Below, in pieces: positions 27,099 through 37,529 of a stretch of 64,000 nt of DNA. Positions within the stretch are counted from its first letter, which is position 1. The number at the start of each line of letters is the position of its first letter. The DNA lies in the NCBI GenBank assembly GCA_016186765.1, contig JACPLD010000003.1, forward strand, positions 6,121 to 70,120, given 5' to 3'. A program made the translations under genes and the position numbers. A model generated the notes under the pieces. That model did not search any database, was not told the DNA's origin, and worked only from the letters and a program-made list of their open reading frames with translations. The stretch is from Candidatus Kaiserbacteria bacterium. GTDB lineage: Bacteria > Patescibacteriota > Minisyncoccia > Phycocordibacterales > UBA2100.

Positions 27099-28133
27099 AT
27101 GCATATACTCGGCATAGAAACTTCTGCAGATGACACGGGTGTTGCGCTCATCGAGGCCGAAGGAGAGGGGCAAGGTTTTCGGTTCAAGATGCTAGGTAAC
27201 GAGGTTTCATCGCAGGACATTCATAAAGCGTACGGCGGTATTTTCCCCACGATGGCAAAGCGCGAGCATATAAAAAACCTGCCTGCCCTCTTCGATCGAA
27301 TATTAGGGGTTTACGAAACCACTAATATCGATGCTGTCGCTGTCACCGTCGGCCCAGGTCTTGAGCCGTGTTTATGGACCGGCATTACTTTCGCGCAAGA
27401 GCTTTCGGAAAAGTGGAGTGTCCCCATCGTTCCGGTCAACCATATGGAAGGGCACATCCTTATTTCGATGACGGAAAAGGGAAGGCTCGCGAAGTTCGAC
27501 TTCCCTGCACTCGCGCTCCTCATCTCCGGCGGACACACCGAGCTCGTCTTGATGAAAACGTTCGGGCAATACGCATATATCGGTCGCACGCGGGACGACG
27601 CTGTGGGCGAAGCCTTCGACAAAGTCGCACGGCTCTTGGGCCTCTCCTACCCGGGCGGCCCCGAGATTTCCCGCCTCGCGCTCGCAGCTCGAAGCTCGAG
27701 GCTCAAAGCTGACTTCACGCTCCCCCGTCCGATGATACACAGTGACAATTACGACTTCTCATTCGCAGGTCTGAAGACCGCCGTCGAGCGTTATGTGCAA
27801 GCGCATGAACTCCATTCGCTCGACAGAGAAAAGATCGCACGTGAATTCGAAGATGCGGTGACAGATGTGCTCGTCTACAAGACGCTCCACGCCGTCGAAG
27901 AATTTGGTGTGAGCACAGTCATTATGGGTGGCGGCGTCTCCGCCAACAAACATATCAGGAGTGAACTGTCCTCAAAGCTCGAAGCTATGGGCTCGAAGCT
28001 ATTGGTGTGTCCGCCCGAATATTCGACCGACAATGGTCTCATGATCGCGCTTGCAGGATACTTCCACGCGCTGAAAAAAGATTTCATCGATCCTCAAAAT
28101 CTGAAGGCAAACGGGAATCTGAAATTGTGCTAA
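27099..28133 (+). CDS. tsaD: tRNA N6-adenosine threonylcarbamoyltransferase
   Basis: ILGIETSADDTGVAL, HMEGH (metal-binding) and GGGVSAN; Kae1/YgjD family. Confidence 0.85.
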   Translation: MHILGIETSADDTGVALIEAEGEGQGFRFKMLGNEVSSQDIHKAYGGIFPTMAKREHIKNLPALFDRILGVYETTNIDAVAVTVGPGLEPCLWTGITFAQELSEKWSVPIVPVNHMEGHILISMTEKGRLAKFDFPALALLISGGHTELVLMKTFGQYAYIGRTRDDAVGEAFDKVARLLGLSYPGGPEISRLALAARSSRLKADFTLPRPMIHSDNYDFSFAGLKTAVERYVQAHELHSLDREKIAREFEDAVTDVLVYKTLHAVEEFGVSTVIMGGGVSANKHIRSELSSKLEAMGSKLLVCPPEYSTDNGLMIALAGYFHALKKDFIDPQNLKANGNLKLC

Positions 28134-28142
28134 TGTAGCCAA

Positions 28143-30419
28143 ATGGAGCCCTCAAAGGCGCCCGAGATATTCCTCAAACCGTACGACCCTGCCATGCAGG
28201 AGCCTCGCGTATTGGCGTTGTGGGAGAAGGGCGGCTACGGGAATCCCGATGTATGCGTTGAGAAGGGGGTAACGAAAACGGACGCTCCAAGCTATTCTAT
28301 CGTTCTCCCTCCACCAAATGTTACGGGGACGCTCCATATGGGACACGCAGCAATGCTCGCGATTCAGGACATTCTGATTCGCTACCACCGCATGAAAGGA
28401 CTGAGAACGCTGTGGCTCCCCGGCACCGACCATGCTGCTATCGCGACGCAATCGGTTGTCGAAAAAGAATTGCAGAAAAAGGAAAAGAAAACTCGGCATG
28501 ATCTCGGCCGTGAGGAATTTCTGAAGCGAGTGGAGGATTTTGCGCAAATGAGCCACGATACTATCGTCGGTCAGATCAAGGCGATGGGGGCATCGGTGGA
28601 TTGGAGCCGCGAAGCGTACACGCTCGATGAGACGCGCAGCCGCGCTGTGCAGGAAGCATTCAAGCGGATGTACGATGCTGGCCTTATTTACCGAGGCAAT
28701 CGCATCGTGAATTGGGATCCCAAAGGACAGACGACAGTTTCTGACGATGAGGTCACCTACGAAGAAACAACAGGGGTGCTCTATACATTCCGCTACAGCA
28801 AGGATTTTCCGGTCGCAATAGCAACGACGCGACCGGAGACAAAAGTCGGTGATACGGCTGTTGCCGTTCATCCTAATGACAAACGGTACAAAGAATTCAT
28901 TGGGCAAAAATTTGACGTGGAGTTTGCAGGCGCAAAACTCGCACTGAAGATTATTGCTGACACTGCCGTCGATCCCGAATTCGGCACAGGCGCTGTCGGT
29001 GTCACGCCCGCGCATAGCTTTACCGATTGGGAGATCGCACAGCGACATGAGCTTCCTCTCGTGCAAGTGATCGACGAGCATGCTCGGATGACAGAGGCCG
29101 CAGGCGAGCTCGTCGCGGGCAAAAAAGCGAGTGAGGCACGCGAACGTATTGTGTCGTGGCTAAAGGAAAACGATCTCCTCGATAAAGAAGAGCAGACGCC
29201 GATGAATATCGCGAAGGCCGATCGCTCCGGTGGCACGATCGAGCCACTGCCCAAGCTCCAGTGGTGGGTAGCTGTCGACAAGGAAGTGCAATTCCCCAAT
29301 GGGAAGACTATGACTCTTAAGGAATGGATGAAAGACGTGGTCTCGTCGGGGCAGATCAAAATCGTTCCCGAGCGCTTCGAAAAGATTTACTACAACTGGA
29401 TAGACAACCTGCGCCCCTGGTGCATCTCACGGCAGATCTGGTATGGACACCGCATACCTGTTTGGTACCACGAGCCAAAGTGCATTCCGATCCCGGGTCG
29501 TGAGAGCGACATCGAGAAATGTATTCCCATTATCGTCTCAGCCGAGAGACCCGAATGTAAGTTCTGCGCTGCGCAATATCACCAAGACCTCGATACGCTC
29601 GACACATGGTTTTCATCGGGGCTTTGGACTTTCTCGACGCTTGGGTGGCCTGAAAAGACAAGGGATCTTGAGATGTATCATCCGACGGACGTGCTCGAGA
29701 CTGGGTATGACATCCTCTTTTTCTGGGTCGCGCGGATGATACTCATGACAGGATTTTTGCTCGCGGATATTCCGTTCAGGAACGTCTATTTACACGGCCT
29801 TGTGCGCGACGAGAAAGGACGGAAAATGAGTAAGTCGCTCGGAAACATCATCGATCCTCTGGTGATGATCCAAAAGTATGGGGCTGACGCCGCTCGTCTC
29901 TCGCTCATCATCGGCGCCTCGCCCGGCAACGATGTGAAGCTCTCTGAGCCACGTGTCGCGGGATACAAAAATTTCGCTAATAAGATTTGGAATATTACTC
30001 GCTTCGTTCTTGAGAACTTCGATGTAAATGCATTGAGCGCTAAACTAAACAAAAACGACGAAGTGCTACTAGAGGAAGCAAAGAATATTGCACGAGAGGT
30101 CACAAAAAATATTGAAGAATTCAGGCTCGATTTAGCTGCTAACTCTATCTACCACTTCGTCTGGGACCGATTTGCAGCGGAGATTATTGAAGAATCTAAG
30201 CCAATTTTTAAAGCGGACGACGGCAGCCCTTCGAGTCCCTCAGGGCAAGCAGCCGCCTCTCGCCGCTATACCCTATACTCCATACTCTATGCTTCCCTGA
30301 AGCTCCTCCATCCCTTCATGCCCTTTGTGACCGAGGCGATATGGCGGGAGCTTCCACAGAAAGAAGCCGAACTCCTCATGGTCGCGCGATGGCCGCAGTA
30401 CAATAGTAGGAATGTCTGA
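28143..30419 (+). CDS. valS: valyl-tRNA synthetase (compact, lacking the long C-terminal coiled-coil)
   Basis: PPPNVTGTLHMGHA (HIGH) and KMSKSLGN; 758 aa. Confidence 0.85.
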   Translation: MEPSKAPEIFLKPYDPAMQEPRVLALWEKGGYGNPDVCVEKGVTKTDAPSYSIVLPPPNVTGTLHMGHAAMLAIQDILIRYHRMKGLRTLWLPGTDHAAIATQSVVEKELQKKEKKTRHDLGREEFLKRVEDFAQMSHDTIVGQIKAMGASVDWSREAYTLDETRSRAVQEAFKRMYDAGLIYRGNRIVNWDPKGQTTVSDDEVTYEETTGVLYTFRYSKDFPVAIATTRPETKVGDTAVAVHPNDKRYKEFIGQKFDVEFAGAKLALKIIADTAVDPEFGTGAVGVTPAHSFTDWEIAQRHELPLVQVIDEHARMTEAAGELVAGKKASEARERIVSWLKENDLLDKEEQTPMNIAKADRSGGTIEPLPKLQWWVAVDKEVQFPNGKTMTLKEWMKDVVSSGQIKIVPERFEKIYYNWIDNLRPWCISRQIWYGHRIPVWYHEPKCIPIPGRESDIEKCIPIIVSAERPECKFCAAQYHQDLDTLDTWFSSGLWTFSTLGWPEKTRDLEMYHPTDVLETGYDILFFWVARMILMTGFLLADIPFRNVYLHGLVRDEKGRKMSKSLGNIIDPLVMIQKYGADAARLSLIIGASPGNDVKLSEPRVAGYKNFANKIWNITRFVLENFDVNALSAKLNKNDEVLLEEAKNIAREVTKNIEEFRLDLAANSIYHFVWDRFAAEIIEESKPIFKADDGSPSSPSGQAAASRRYTLYSILYASLKLLHPFMPFVTEAIWRELPQKEAELLMVARWPQYNSRNV

Positions 30420-30972
30420 AGAAAGGATACCGGTGTCGTCTCAAAGGCTCAGCGAGGGTGACATTTTAAAGATCCTCTCGGAAGAAGGCGTACATATCGA
30501 ATCGCCCCCGATAGCCGAGTACACTCGCGGAGAGATCGAGCATGACGGCCTTGAAGGGCTTGATGAGCACGCTGTCCGTTTTCTCGACTCCGTCGAGGGA
30601 GTGTGCGAATCCTACCTCTCGGGCCCACTCATTCGCGACTCGTTCGCGACTCACCCGGAGCGCAGAGCATGGCGCAACGAGATTGAGACTAAGTATGGTC
30701 GTGCCGTAACCGACGTTCTGAATAGAAACAGACTGAGGCTGAACAATATTGGAGCACTGCATTCCTACTTTACGCACATTGGCATGATCCTCGGTACGAG
30801 AAGGGATCGTACACCGAAAATGAACGCTATTCTGGAGGTTTCTAAGCTCACCCCCGATATCTCACGCTACGATGACATGAGCGTTGCGGAAAAGGCTGCC
30901 GTCGTATCACAATTCGATGAGATAGCAAAAAAATACCTACGAATCGTGCATAACGACGAGACACATGAATGA
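30412..30972 (+). CDS. hypothetical protein
   Basis: 186-aa ORF overlapping the valS stop by 8 nt; no recognisable motif. Confidence 0.3.
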   Translation: MSEERIPVSSQRLSEGDILKILSEEGVHIESPPIAEYTRGEIEHDGLEGLDEHAVRFLDSVEGVCESYLSGPLIRDSFATHPERRAWRNEIETKYGRAVTDVLNRNRLRLNNIGALHSYFTHIGMILGTRRDRTPKMNAILEVSKLTPDISRYDDMSVAEKAAVVSQFDEIAKKYLRIVHNDETHE

Positions 30973-31675
30973 AGTCGCTCCATTCCTCGGTGCAATCGCG
31001 GGAGGGATGTTCCCCGCCCTCGCGTGGCTGTGGTTTTGGCAGCGGGAGGATGCGCCGCATCCAGAACCACGAAAGCTCATCGCACTCGCCTTTTTTGCCG
31101 GCATGGTCACGGTCGCTATCGTCATTCCAATTCAGAAGCTCGCCGCCACCTTTCTCATATCACAAACCGCTATTTTTATCGCCTGGTCGGCAATCGAAGA
31201 AGTGATGAAGTACTTCGCCGCGCGCATCACGGTCTTATGGCGCCGCGACGACGACGAACCGATCGACCCCGTGATCTATATGGTCACGGTTGCCTTAGGC
31301 TTCGCAGCCCTCGAAAACACGCTCTTCCTCCTCTCGCCGCTTTCGGGAGAGACCTTCGTTCAAACGATACTCACTGGAAATCTCCGCTTTGTCGGAGCTA
31401 CCCTCCTCCACGTGCTCTCATCAGCCGTGATCGGTGTTGCTCTCGCGCTCTCGTTCTACAAGCCGAAACGCGTAAAGCGTCTCTACGCGCTCATGGGAGT
31501 TATCCTCGCCGTCGCTTTGCACTCACTCTTCAATCTTCTTATACTCAATACGGCGGAAGAACACATCCTGCGCACGTTCGGGCTCGTATGGCTTGGGCTC
31601 GTTGTACTTCTCGCCGTGCTAGAATACGTAAAAAGGATCCATCCTATGATCAAACGTAAATTCGCAAGATTATAA
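30965..31675 (+). CDS. PrsW-family intramembrane metalloprotease
   Basis: Motifs AIEEVMKY (EExxK), GFAALEN (FxxxEN) and LLHVLSSAVIG (HxxxS..G) within a multi-TM protein. Confidence 0.55.
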   Translation: MNEVAPFLGAIAGGMFPALAWLWFWQREDAPHPEPRKLIALAFFAGMVTVAIVIPIQKLAATFLISQTAIFIAWSAIEEVMKYFAARITVLWRRDDDEPIDPVIYMVTVALGFAALENTLFLLSPLSGETFVQTILTGNLRFVGATLLHVLSSAVIGVALALSFYKPKRVKRLYALMGVILAVALHSLFNLLILNTAEEHILRTFGLVWLGLVVLLAVLEYVKRIHPMIKRKFARL

Positions 31676-31679
31676 AACC

Positions 31680-32162
31680 ATGGCCAAAGGCTTTCTCTCA
31701 AAACTCACCGGCGGGGGCGACGACTACGACAACTTTTTTGACGATCCGAAAGCCACGCGCGCTGTTTTTGAGGGAGAAGGCGGAGAACGCCACGCACATC
31801 TTGTCCCGCGCGAGCCAGGGGAGGACGAACCGGCGGGAGAACTCGCAGTCGACGTCTACCAAACACCCGATGCGATTGTGGTGAAGGCACTCATCGCGGG
31901 AGTGCACCCCAATTCCATTGATATTTCGCTGACGCGCGAGATGCTTACGATCTCGGGGAGCCGCGAAGACGAGCGCGAAGTGGACGAAGAGCACTACTTT
32001 CAGCGTGAGCTCTACTGGGGTTCGTTTTCGCGCACGATCCTCCTTCCAGAAGAGGTCGACGTCGACATGGCAGAAGCTTCCGAGCGCCACGGCGTACTCA
32101 TGATCCGCCTTCCAAAAATCAACAAAAAGCGGCAAACGAAGTTGAAGGTGCGCAGCCGATAG
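31680..32162 (+). CDS. Hsp20/alpha-crystallin family small heat shock protein
   Basis: Alpha-crystallin domain (VDVYQTPDAIVVKALIAGV...FSRTILLPEEVD...HGVLMIRLPK). Confidence 0.8.
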   Translation: MAKGFLSKLTGGGDDYDNFFDDPKATRAVFEGEGGERHAHLVPREPGEDEPAGELAVDVYQTPDAIVVKALIAGVHPNSIDISLTREMLTISGSREDEREVDEEHYFQRELYWGSFSRTILLPEEVDVDMAEASERHGVLMIRLPKINKKRQTKLKVRSR

Positions 32163-32179
32163 GATATACTCCACCGATC

Positions 32180-32896
32180 ATGCCCGACACGCAGAGCGCC
32201 CTTCAAAAGTATTTGGTCCCAATCGCAATCGTGGTTGCGGGCGCTCTTATCGCGGGGGCAGTGTACTTCTCAAACAGCGGAGGCTCCGGCGCGCCCGATG
32301 ACGGACTTCCGACAGTCAACGTCGAGGACGTCAACATTCAGGCGGACGATCCCGTGCTTGGTGAGGAGAATGCGCCAGTCACGCTTGCGTATTGGTTCGA
32401 CTATCAATGCCCATTCTGCAAGGCCCTCGACGTCGGCGGCGTTCCCCAGATTCCTATCGATCCGTCTCTGCCTACTCTCATCAAAGAGTACGTCGAGACA
32501 GGCAAGCTCAAGATCGTTTTCAAAGACTACGCCTTCCTCGGCGAAGACTCTCTCACGGCCGCGCTGTATAAGCACGCGATATGGGAACTCTACCCCGACA
32601 AATTCTACGAATGGCATGAAGCAATGTTTACGGCGCAGGACGAGGAGAACGGCGGGTTCGGTGATGAAGATTCCATCCTCGACCTCATTCGTACAATTCC
32701 TGGACTCGACGCAAATGCGCTCAAGGCCAAGGTCTCGGAGAAACGCGATGAGTATCTTGCTCTCATCGAGGAAGACCGCGCTGAGGGCGCTTCCTTCGGC
32801 GTCCAAGGAACGCCGGCCGTGATCACAGGCACGACCCTCATCCCAGGAGCCGACGATTTACGTACGTTCAAAGCCGCAATCGAAGCACAACTTTAA
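32180..32896 (+). CDS. DsbA-family thiol:disulfide oxidoreductase, membrane-anchored
   Basis: N-terminal TM, CPFC active site and GVQGTPA. Confidence 0.8.
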   Translation: MPDTQSALQKYLVPIAIVVAGALIAGAVYFSNSGGSGAPDDGLPTVNVEDVNIQADDPVLGEENAPVTLAYWFDYQCPFCKALDVGGVPQIPIDPSLPTLIKEYVETGKLKIVFKDYAFLGEDSLTAALYKHAIWELYPDKFYEWHEAMFTAQDEENGGFGDEDSILDLIRTIPGLDANALKAKVSEKRDEYLALIEEDRAEGASFGVQGTPAVITGTTLIPGADDLRTFKAAIEAQL

Positions 32897-33717
32897 TCGC
32901 TCGTAAGTCCAAGGCGGTAGAGATTGAACGAATCGTCTCCTTCGAACATATCGGAAGGGTTCGGGAGATACGTGCGAGGGCGGGATATCTCCGCTGTCGC
33001 ATCCGTAATGAGCCGATGGAAAAGCGCGAAATCTTCCTTGCACTCCGCATACTCGATGACGTAGCGGCGTACTTGTGATGAGCCGTCGCTATTCTTTCTT
33101 TTTTTGCATTCGTAGAGAATGAAGCGGTGCACTGGTTTTTTATACAGCTCGCGGACAACGTAGTAGTTGAAAATCGCCTGGATCACAAAGAGGGGCTTCT
33201 CTTTGCGGAGCATGCTGAACGCATCGACGAACTTATGATCGACAATATCGATAGCTTGACGGTCGCGCTTCGAGCGGACGACGAGGTCGGACACTGCCTT
33301 CAAGGGGAGCGGCAAGCCTTCGACCTCTGCGGTCCCCTTCACTTCAACGCCCAGGACGTTGTGACGAGGCGGCCGCTCGAGATAGAAAGAAACTGCCTGC
33401 AGATACTCCCGCTCCATCAGCTGCCGCTTGAGTTTCTTCGCACGAGCCGAGCGGGCCTTGCCGAAATGTATCTCAAAATCGGATACGTTGCGAAGGTATT
33501 CCAGCCCAAGCTGTATGGCGCCGTCCTTGCCGATCCCCCCATAGAAATTCTGCAGCGCCACGTGAGCAGCGCGGCCGACAACAGACGATGGCGAAGCTGG
33601 AATATCATACACCCCCTCAACATAGCGCTTATACCACGCAAGGGGGTTGCGCAGGAACGTGACGAGCGAGGAATGACTCCAATGCTTGATGGGAAGTGGT
33701 GAATGTGCGTTCGACAT
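32893..33717 (-). CDS. PD-(D/E)XK nuclease superfamily protein (RecB-like nuclease domain, no Cys cluster)
   Basis: N-terminal HWSHSSLVTFLRNPLAWYKRY (PDDEXK_1-like), then ...AVSDLVV... and IVDHKF (D...D.K). Confidence 0.45.
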   Translation of the reverse strand: MSNAHSPLPIKHWSHSSLVTFLRNPLAWYKRYVEGVYDIPASPSSVVGRAAHVALQNFYGGIGKDGAIQLGLEYLRNVSDFEIHFGKARSARAKKLKRQLMEREYLQAVSFYLERPPRHNVLGVEVKGTAEVEGLPLPLKAVSDLVVRSKRDRQAIDIVDHKFVDAFSMLRKEKPLFVIQAIFNYYVVRELYKKPVHRFILYECKKRKNSDGSSQVRRYVIEYAECKEDFALFHRLITDATAEISRPRTYLPNPSDMFEGDDSFNLYRLGLTSD

Positions 33718-33934
33718 ACCAGCGAGTATACCCCGTTAGACAAAGCGAGCGAGCTCTGAACTTTTTACAAAAAAGAACGCCAGTGGTACAAAGCCCGCTA
33801 GCGTGCCGAATTCGGCGAAGTTGACAACCCTTAGAGAAGCTTAACGACCCATCCCGGATTCGCTCGAAGTTCGAGCATCGCCGGTCGGACCATTCCCTTA
33901 AACGTAAAACCCCCGAGCCTTTGGTCACGTTTGG

Positions 33935-33963
33935 TTGACAAAGGTATAGAAACCATACATAAT
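33935..33963 (+). promoter_or_regulatory. sigma70-like promoter TTGACA-17nt-CATAAT upstream of the ORF at 33984
   Basis: Consensus -35 with 17-nt spacer and a near-consensus -10, about 20 nt before the ATG. Confidence 0.4.
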
Positions 33964-33983
33964 GATGACCGGATCAAATACAG

Positions 33984-34352
33984 GTGGAGGACACAATGGC
34001 GAAAATGACACACCATAAGATCTGGGCAATCGTTGGAGCACTATTCGGCCTTGCTATCGGTACCCCCCTTCTCTACATTGTGCTTGACGGATTCGGTAGC
34101 GCGCATGGATGGTGGCAGGCAGGTCCAGCCGGGCAAGCGCTTGCGGACTACATGGACCAGATCCTCAACGGCATGCTCCGGTCCGTCGGAAAGTTGTTCG
34201 AACTGACCGGACTGTCGGAAGACAATGCGAAAACGGGCGCGGCAATCACACTGCTTATCTTGTCCCTCCTAATCTTGGCCTTGCTGATGCAGAGTTGGAG
34301 TGCCAAGATCAAACGGGACATCGCTCGTTTACGAGACTTTTTCTCCGAATAG
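33984..34352 (+). CDS. hypothetical small membrane protein (2 TM)
   Basis: Two hydrophobic helices in about 122 aa. Confidence 0.35.
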   Translation: MEDTMAKMTHHKIWAIVGALFGLAIGTPLLYIVLDGFGSAHGWWQAGPAGQALADYMDQILNGMLRSVGKLFELTGLSEDNAKTGAAITLLILSLLILALLMQSWSAKIKRDIARLRDFFSE

Positions 34353-34416
34353 CTGCTGCCACACGGTGCATACATCATGCGGCTCGATCTTTGCGTCGAG
34401 CCGCATTCTCTTTTAT

Positions 34417-35679
34417 TTAGTAACTCCGGAGCTGCTTTGCTCTTTCATGAAATCTTATGCGCTCCAAGGCTTTTGCTTCGATTTGGCGGATGCGCTCGCG
34501 CGTGACACCGAACTCGCGACCCACTTCTTCGAGCGTGTAGCAAATGCCGTCGCCCGAGAGGCCGTTGCGCATTTCCAAGATCTTTCGCTCTTTAGGCGAG
34601 AGCTCGTCGAGGATTTCCATCATCTGCTCCGAGAGGATACGACGCGACGCATCTTGATCAGGTGCCGCGATCGCGTCGTCTGCAATGAAGCTCCCCAAGG
34701 TCGAGCGCTCGTCATCATCTTCGCCCACCGGCGATTCAAGCGAGACGGTATCCTGATTTATCTTCTGGATCGTATAAATTTTGTCTACCTCAATTCCCAT
34801 CTCGGCAGCAATTTCTTCCGGCAGCGGGTCGCGTCCCAGATGTTGGCTCAATTCGCGGACTTTTTGCTTATACTTCGCGATGGTTTCAACCATGTGCACG
34901 GGTATACGGATCGTGCGCGACTGATCGGCAAGTGCGCGTGTGATCGCCTGCCTAATCCACCACGTCGCGTAGGTTGAGAATTTGTAGCCCTTCGTGTGGT
35001 CAAATTTGTCGACAGCCTTGAAGAGACCGAGGTTCCCCTCCTGAATGAGGTCGAGGAGCGTGAGATCGGGCGAGCGATTCACGTATTTCTTTGCGATGGA
35101 AACGACCAAGCGAAGGTTGGAGCGTGCGAGGATCGAGCGAGCCTCTTCATCACTCTCAAGGATGCGCTTCGCAAGTTCTTTCTCCTGCTCGCCGGTGAGG
35201 AGAGGATACTGGCCTATCTCGCGCAAATACATTTGCACCGAGTCGTAGCTCGAATCAGCGCGACGGTGCTGGAGTTTCTTGCTCGCGAGCACGGAATCCG
35301 CCGAAGTATCCTCAAGCATGCCGCCGCCCTCCAAGACGTCGATGCCCGCCGTGCCAAATCGCTCATACATCTCATCGAGAAGGACAACATTATTCTCGAT
35401 GGTGGGAAATTCACGCAGAATTTCATCGTACGTGATGTAGCCGCGCTCCTTGCCAAGCCTGATCAGCGCTTCGACTTTCGCATTCACTTTTTGCGCAGCT
35501 TTGCCACTCAAAGTCTTCGCAGTGATCAGCTTACCCCGCTTTTCTTTGCGCGAGATTTTTCTCGTGCCTGCCTTCGGCTTCGCGCGCCTCAACGCCGCGG
35601 TGCGCTTGCCGGCCTTACCGCTTTTTAGAGTGCGTCGCGCCTTCGTTTTCTTTTTCATTGTTCTTTTGCCTTTTGTCAT
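34417..35679 (-). CDS. rpoD: RNA polymerase sigma factor RpoD (sigma-70) with a Lys-rich N-terminal extension
   Basis: Region 2 ([31 protein letters not shown]) and region 4 ([23 protein letters not shown]). Confidence 0.9.
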   Translation of the reverse strand: MTKGKRTMKKKTKARRTLKSGKAGKRTAALRRAKPKAGTRKISRKEKRGKLITAKTLSGKAAQKVNAKVEALIRLGKERGYITYDEILREFPTIENNVVLLDEMYERFGTAGIDVLEGGGMLEDTSADSVLASKKLQHRRADSSYDSVQMYLREIGQYPLLTGEQEKELAKRILESDEEARSILARSNLRLVVSIAKKYVNRSPDLTLLDLIQEGNLGLFKAVDKFDHTKGYKFSTYATWWIRQAITRALADQSRTIRIPVHMVETIAKYKQKVRELSQHLGRDPLPEEIAAEMGIEVDKIYTIQKINQDTVSLESPVGEDDDERSTLGSFIADDAIAAPDQDASRRILSEQMMEILDELSPKERKILEMRNGLSGDGICYTLEEVGREFGVTRERIRQIEAKALERIRFHERAKQLRSY

Positions 35680-35793
35680 AGATTTATGCAGCGTGCAGAA
35701 ATTCCTCCCCTTCCCCTTGAGGGAGACAACGCCTATGAATAAGCCTCCCGCATGTATTCACTGTGAAGACGCGAGGAGACTAAGTGGCTTACT

Positions 35794-37521
35794 CTACATC
35801 ACTTCGTGGAGCCTCGCAATTCGCCTTGTCAACACGTTACACACAGACATATGCACAGCCGTCTCCTCCTCGTCGCCGCGGTTTTCAGCCTCTTTGAGGG
35901 CACGCGTCGCCTCCATAAGCTGCCGAGAAAGACGCTCTTTGAGAAGCACGTTCAGGAGAGCCCGCGTTTCCGCCTGAAGGGCAGTGCTTCGCCCGTACAT
36001 CCACTCTGCCAAAAATCGTAATCTCTCTTGCTCCTGCTCTGGAAGCGTCCGCAAGCGCTCAAGCGTATCAGCCCCGAGTGCTTCTTCGAGTTCGCGCTCG
36101 TATGTGTCAAGGTCAAGTGAGGGTTTCGGGAGCACCTTTTGCCAGAGGAGTATCGAGTAAGCATTCCCGGCACGATCCACCGCTTCCCCCGCCGCAGAGC
36201 GACCGGCATCACGCGATTCGGTTCGTGGGATAATTTCAGGGGCATGCGGTATTTTTTCGAGTGCTTCGGCAACAGCCTGTATGGAAACGTCGAGGCGCCC
36301 TGCAATCTCACGCAGGTACTGTTCGCGCGCGATCGGACTTTGCACATCGGCCACGTAGGGCAACACAGCGCCCTCAACGTTGCGGCGAAACCAGTCGATT
36401 CCCCTTGAACGCTCTTGTAAAACGTCGAGAAGAAATGTAACGATATCTTTTGCTTCGCGAAGAGAGCGGCTCCACGCCTCTTTCCCTTCTTTCAAAATCA
36501 AATCCGCCGGATCCAATCCCCTTGGGAGCTGTGCGACTTTGACATTAAGTCCATTTTGGAGAGCCGCCCTGGCGGCCCGGCCGGCTGCCTTAATCCCCGC
36601 TTCATCCGGATCGAGTGCAATCACGAGGTTATCGGTGAGACGACGGATAATCAAGGCGTGCTCCCCTGTAAAGGCAGTTCCCGAAACCGCAACGGTATTT
36701 CCCCATCCTGCTTGATGTGAAGCCAAGAGATCCATCTGTCCTTCTACCAAGACGGCGCAATTGTGCTTCCTCATGGGGAGTTTTGCTTTGTCGAGTCCGT
36801 AGAGAATTCGCGATTTGTGAAAGAGCGGCGTCTCGGGACTGTTGAGATACTTAGGTGCTTCAGGCGACGCATCTTCTCCAAAAATGCGACCGGAGAATCC
36901 GACAACTCGCCCCGCGGAATCCGAGATCGGAAACATGATGCGATTGCGGAATTTGTCGTTCACGAGACCGTGTTCCGTCTTCTTGCCCACCCCCGCATCT
37001 AGAATTTCCTTTTCCGAGAATTTCTTTGCCTTCAGATGATCAAAGAGGTCGGTCCAGCCATTTCCCCCAAAGCCGAGCCGGAACACCTTGATGGTCGCGT
37101 TGTTCAGACCGCGCTCGTGCAGGTACTGCTCTACTTCATTATTCAGTCGGGACGCATAGAAAATCGTTGCAACCTCCATGAGCTCGAACAGGCGATCTCG
37201 CTCATCCTTTTCCCGCTTGTCGCTTCGACTGTAGACGAGAGGCACCCCTGCCTTTTCTGCAAGCACTTTGAGTGTCCCCTTGAAATCAAGTCCCTCGATC
37301 TGTTCGACGAACGAGAAGATGTCGCCACCCACGTTGCAGCCGAAGCAGTGGAAGGTGCCGCGCTCGGGCGAGACAAAAAACGACGGCGTCTTCTCCGCAT
37401 GGAAGGGACACCGGGCGCGCAAGGAGGTACCGCTCCTCTCGAGCTTCACATACTGGCTTACGACATCAACGATAGACAACCTATCCTTGATCTGCTGCAC
37501 CGTGTCGGACATGCAGCACAT
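35794..37521 (-). CDS. dnaG: DNA primase
   Basis: Zinc ribbon CPFHAEKTPSF...HCFGC, TOPRIM (EGQMDLL) and a C-terminal helicase-interaction region. Confidence 0.9.
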   Translation of the reverse strand: MCCMSDTVQQIKDRLSIVDVVSQYVKLERSGTSLRARCPFHAEKTPSFFVSPERGTFHCFGCNVGGDIFSFVEQIEGLDFKGTLKVLAEKAGVPLVYSRSDKREKDERDRLFELMEVATIFYASRLNNEVEQYLHERGLNNATIKVFRLGFGGNGWTDLFDHLKAKKFSEKEILDAGVGKKTEHGLVNDKFRNRIMFPISDSAGRVVGFSGRIFGEDASPEAPKYLNSPETPLFHKSRILYGLDKAKLPMRKHNCAVLVEGQMDLLASHQAGWGNTVAVSGTAFTGEHALIIRRLTDNLVIALDPDEAGIKAAGRAARAALQNGLNVKVAQLPRGLDPADLILKEGKEAWSRSLREAKDIVTFLLDVLQERSRGIDWFRRNVEGAVLPYVADVQSPIAREQYLREIAGRLDVSIQAVAEALEKIPHAPEIIPRTESRDAGRSAAGEAVDRAGNAYSILLWQKVLPKPSLDLDTYERELEEALGADTLERLRTLPEQEQERLRFLAEWMYGRSTALQAETRALLNVLLKERLSRQLMEATRALKEAENRGDEEETAVHMSVCNVLTRRIARLHEVM

Positions 37522-37529
37522 TATGCCCT

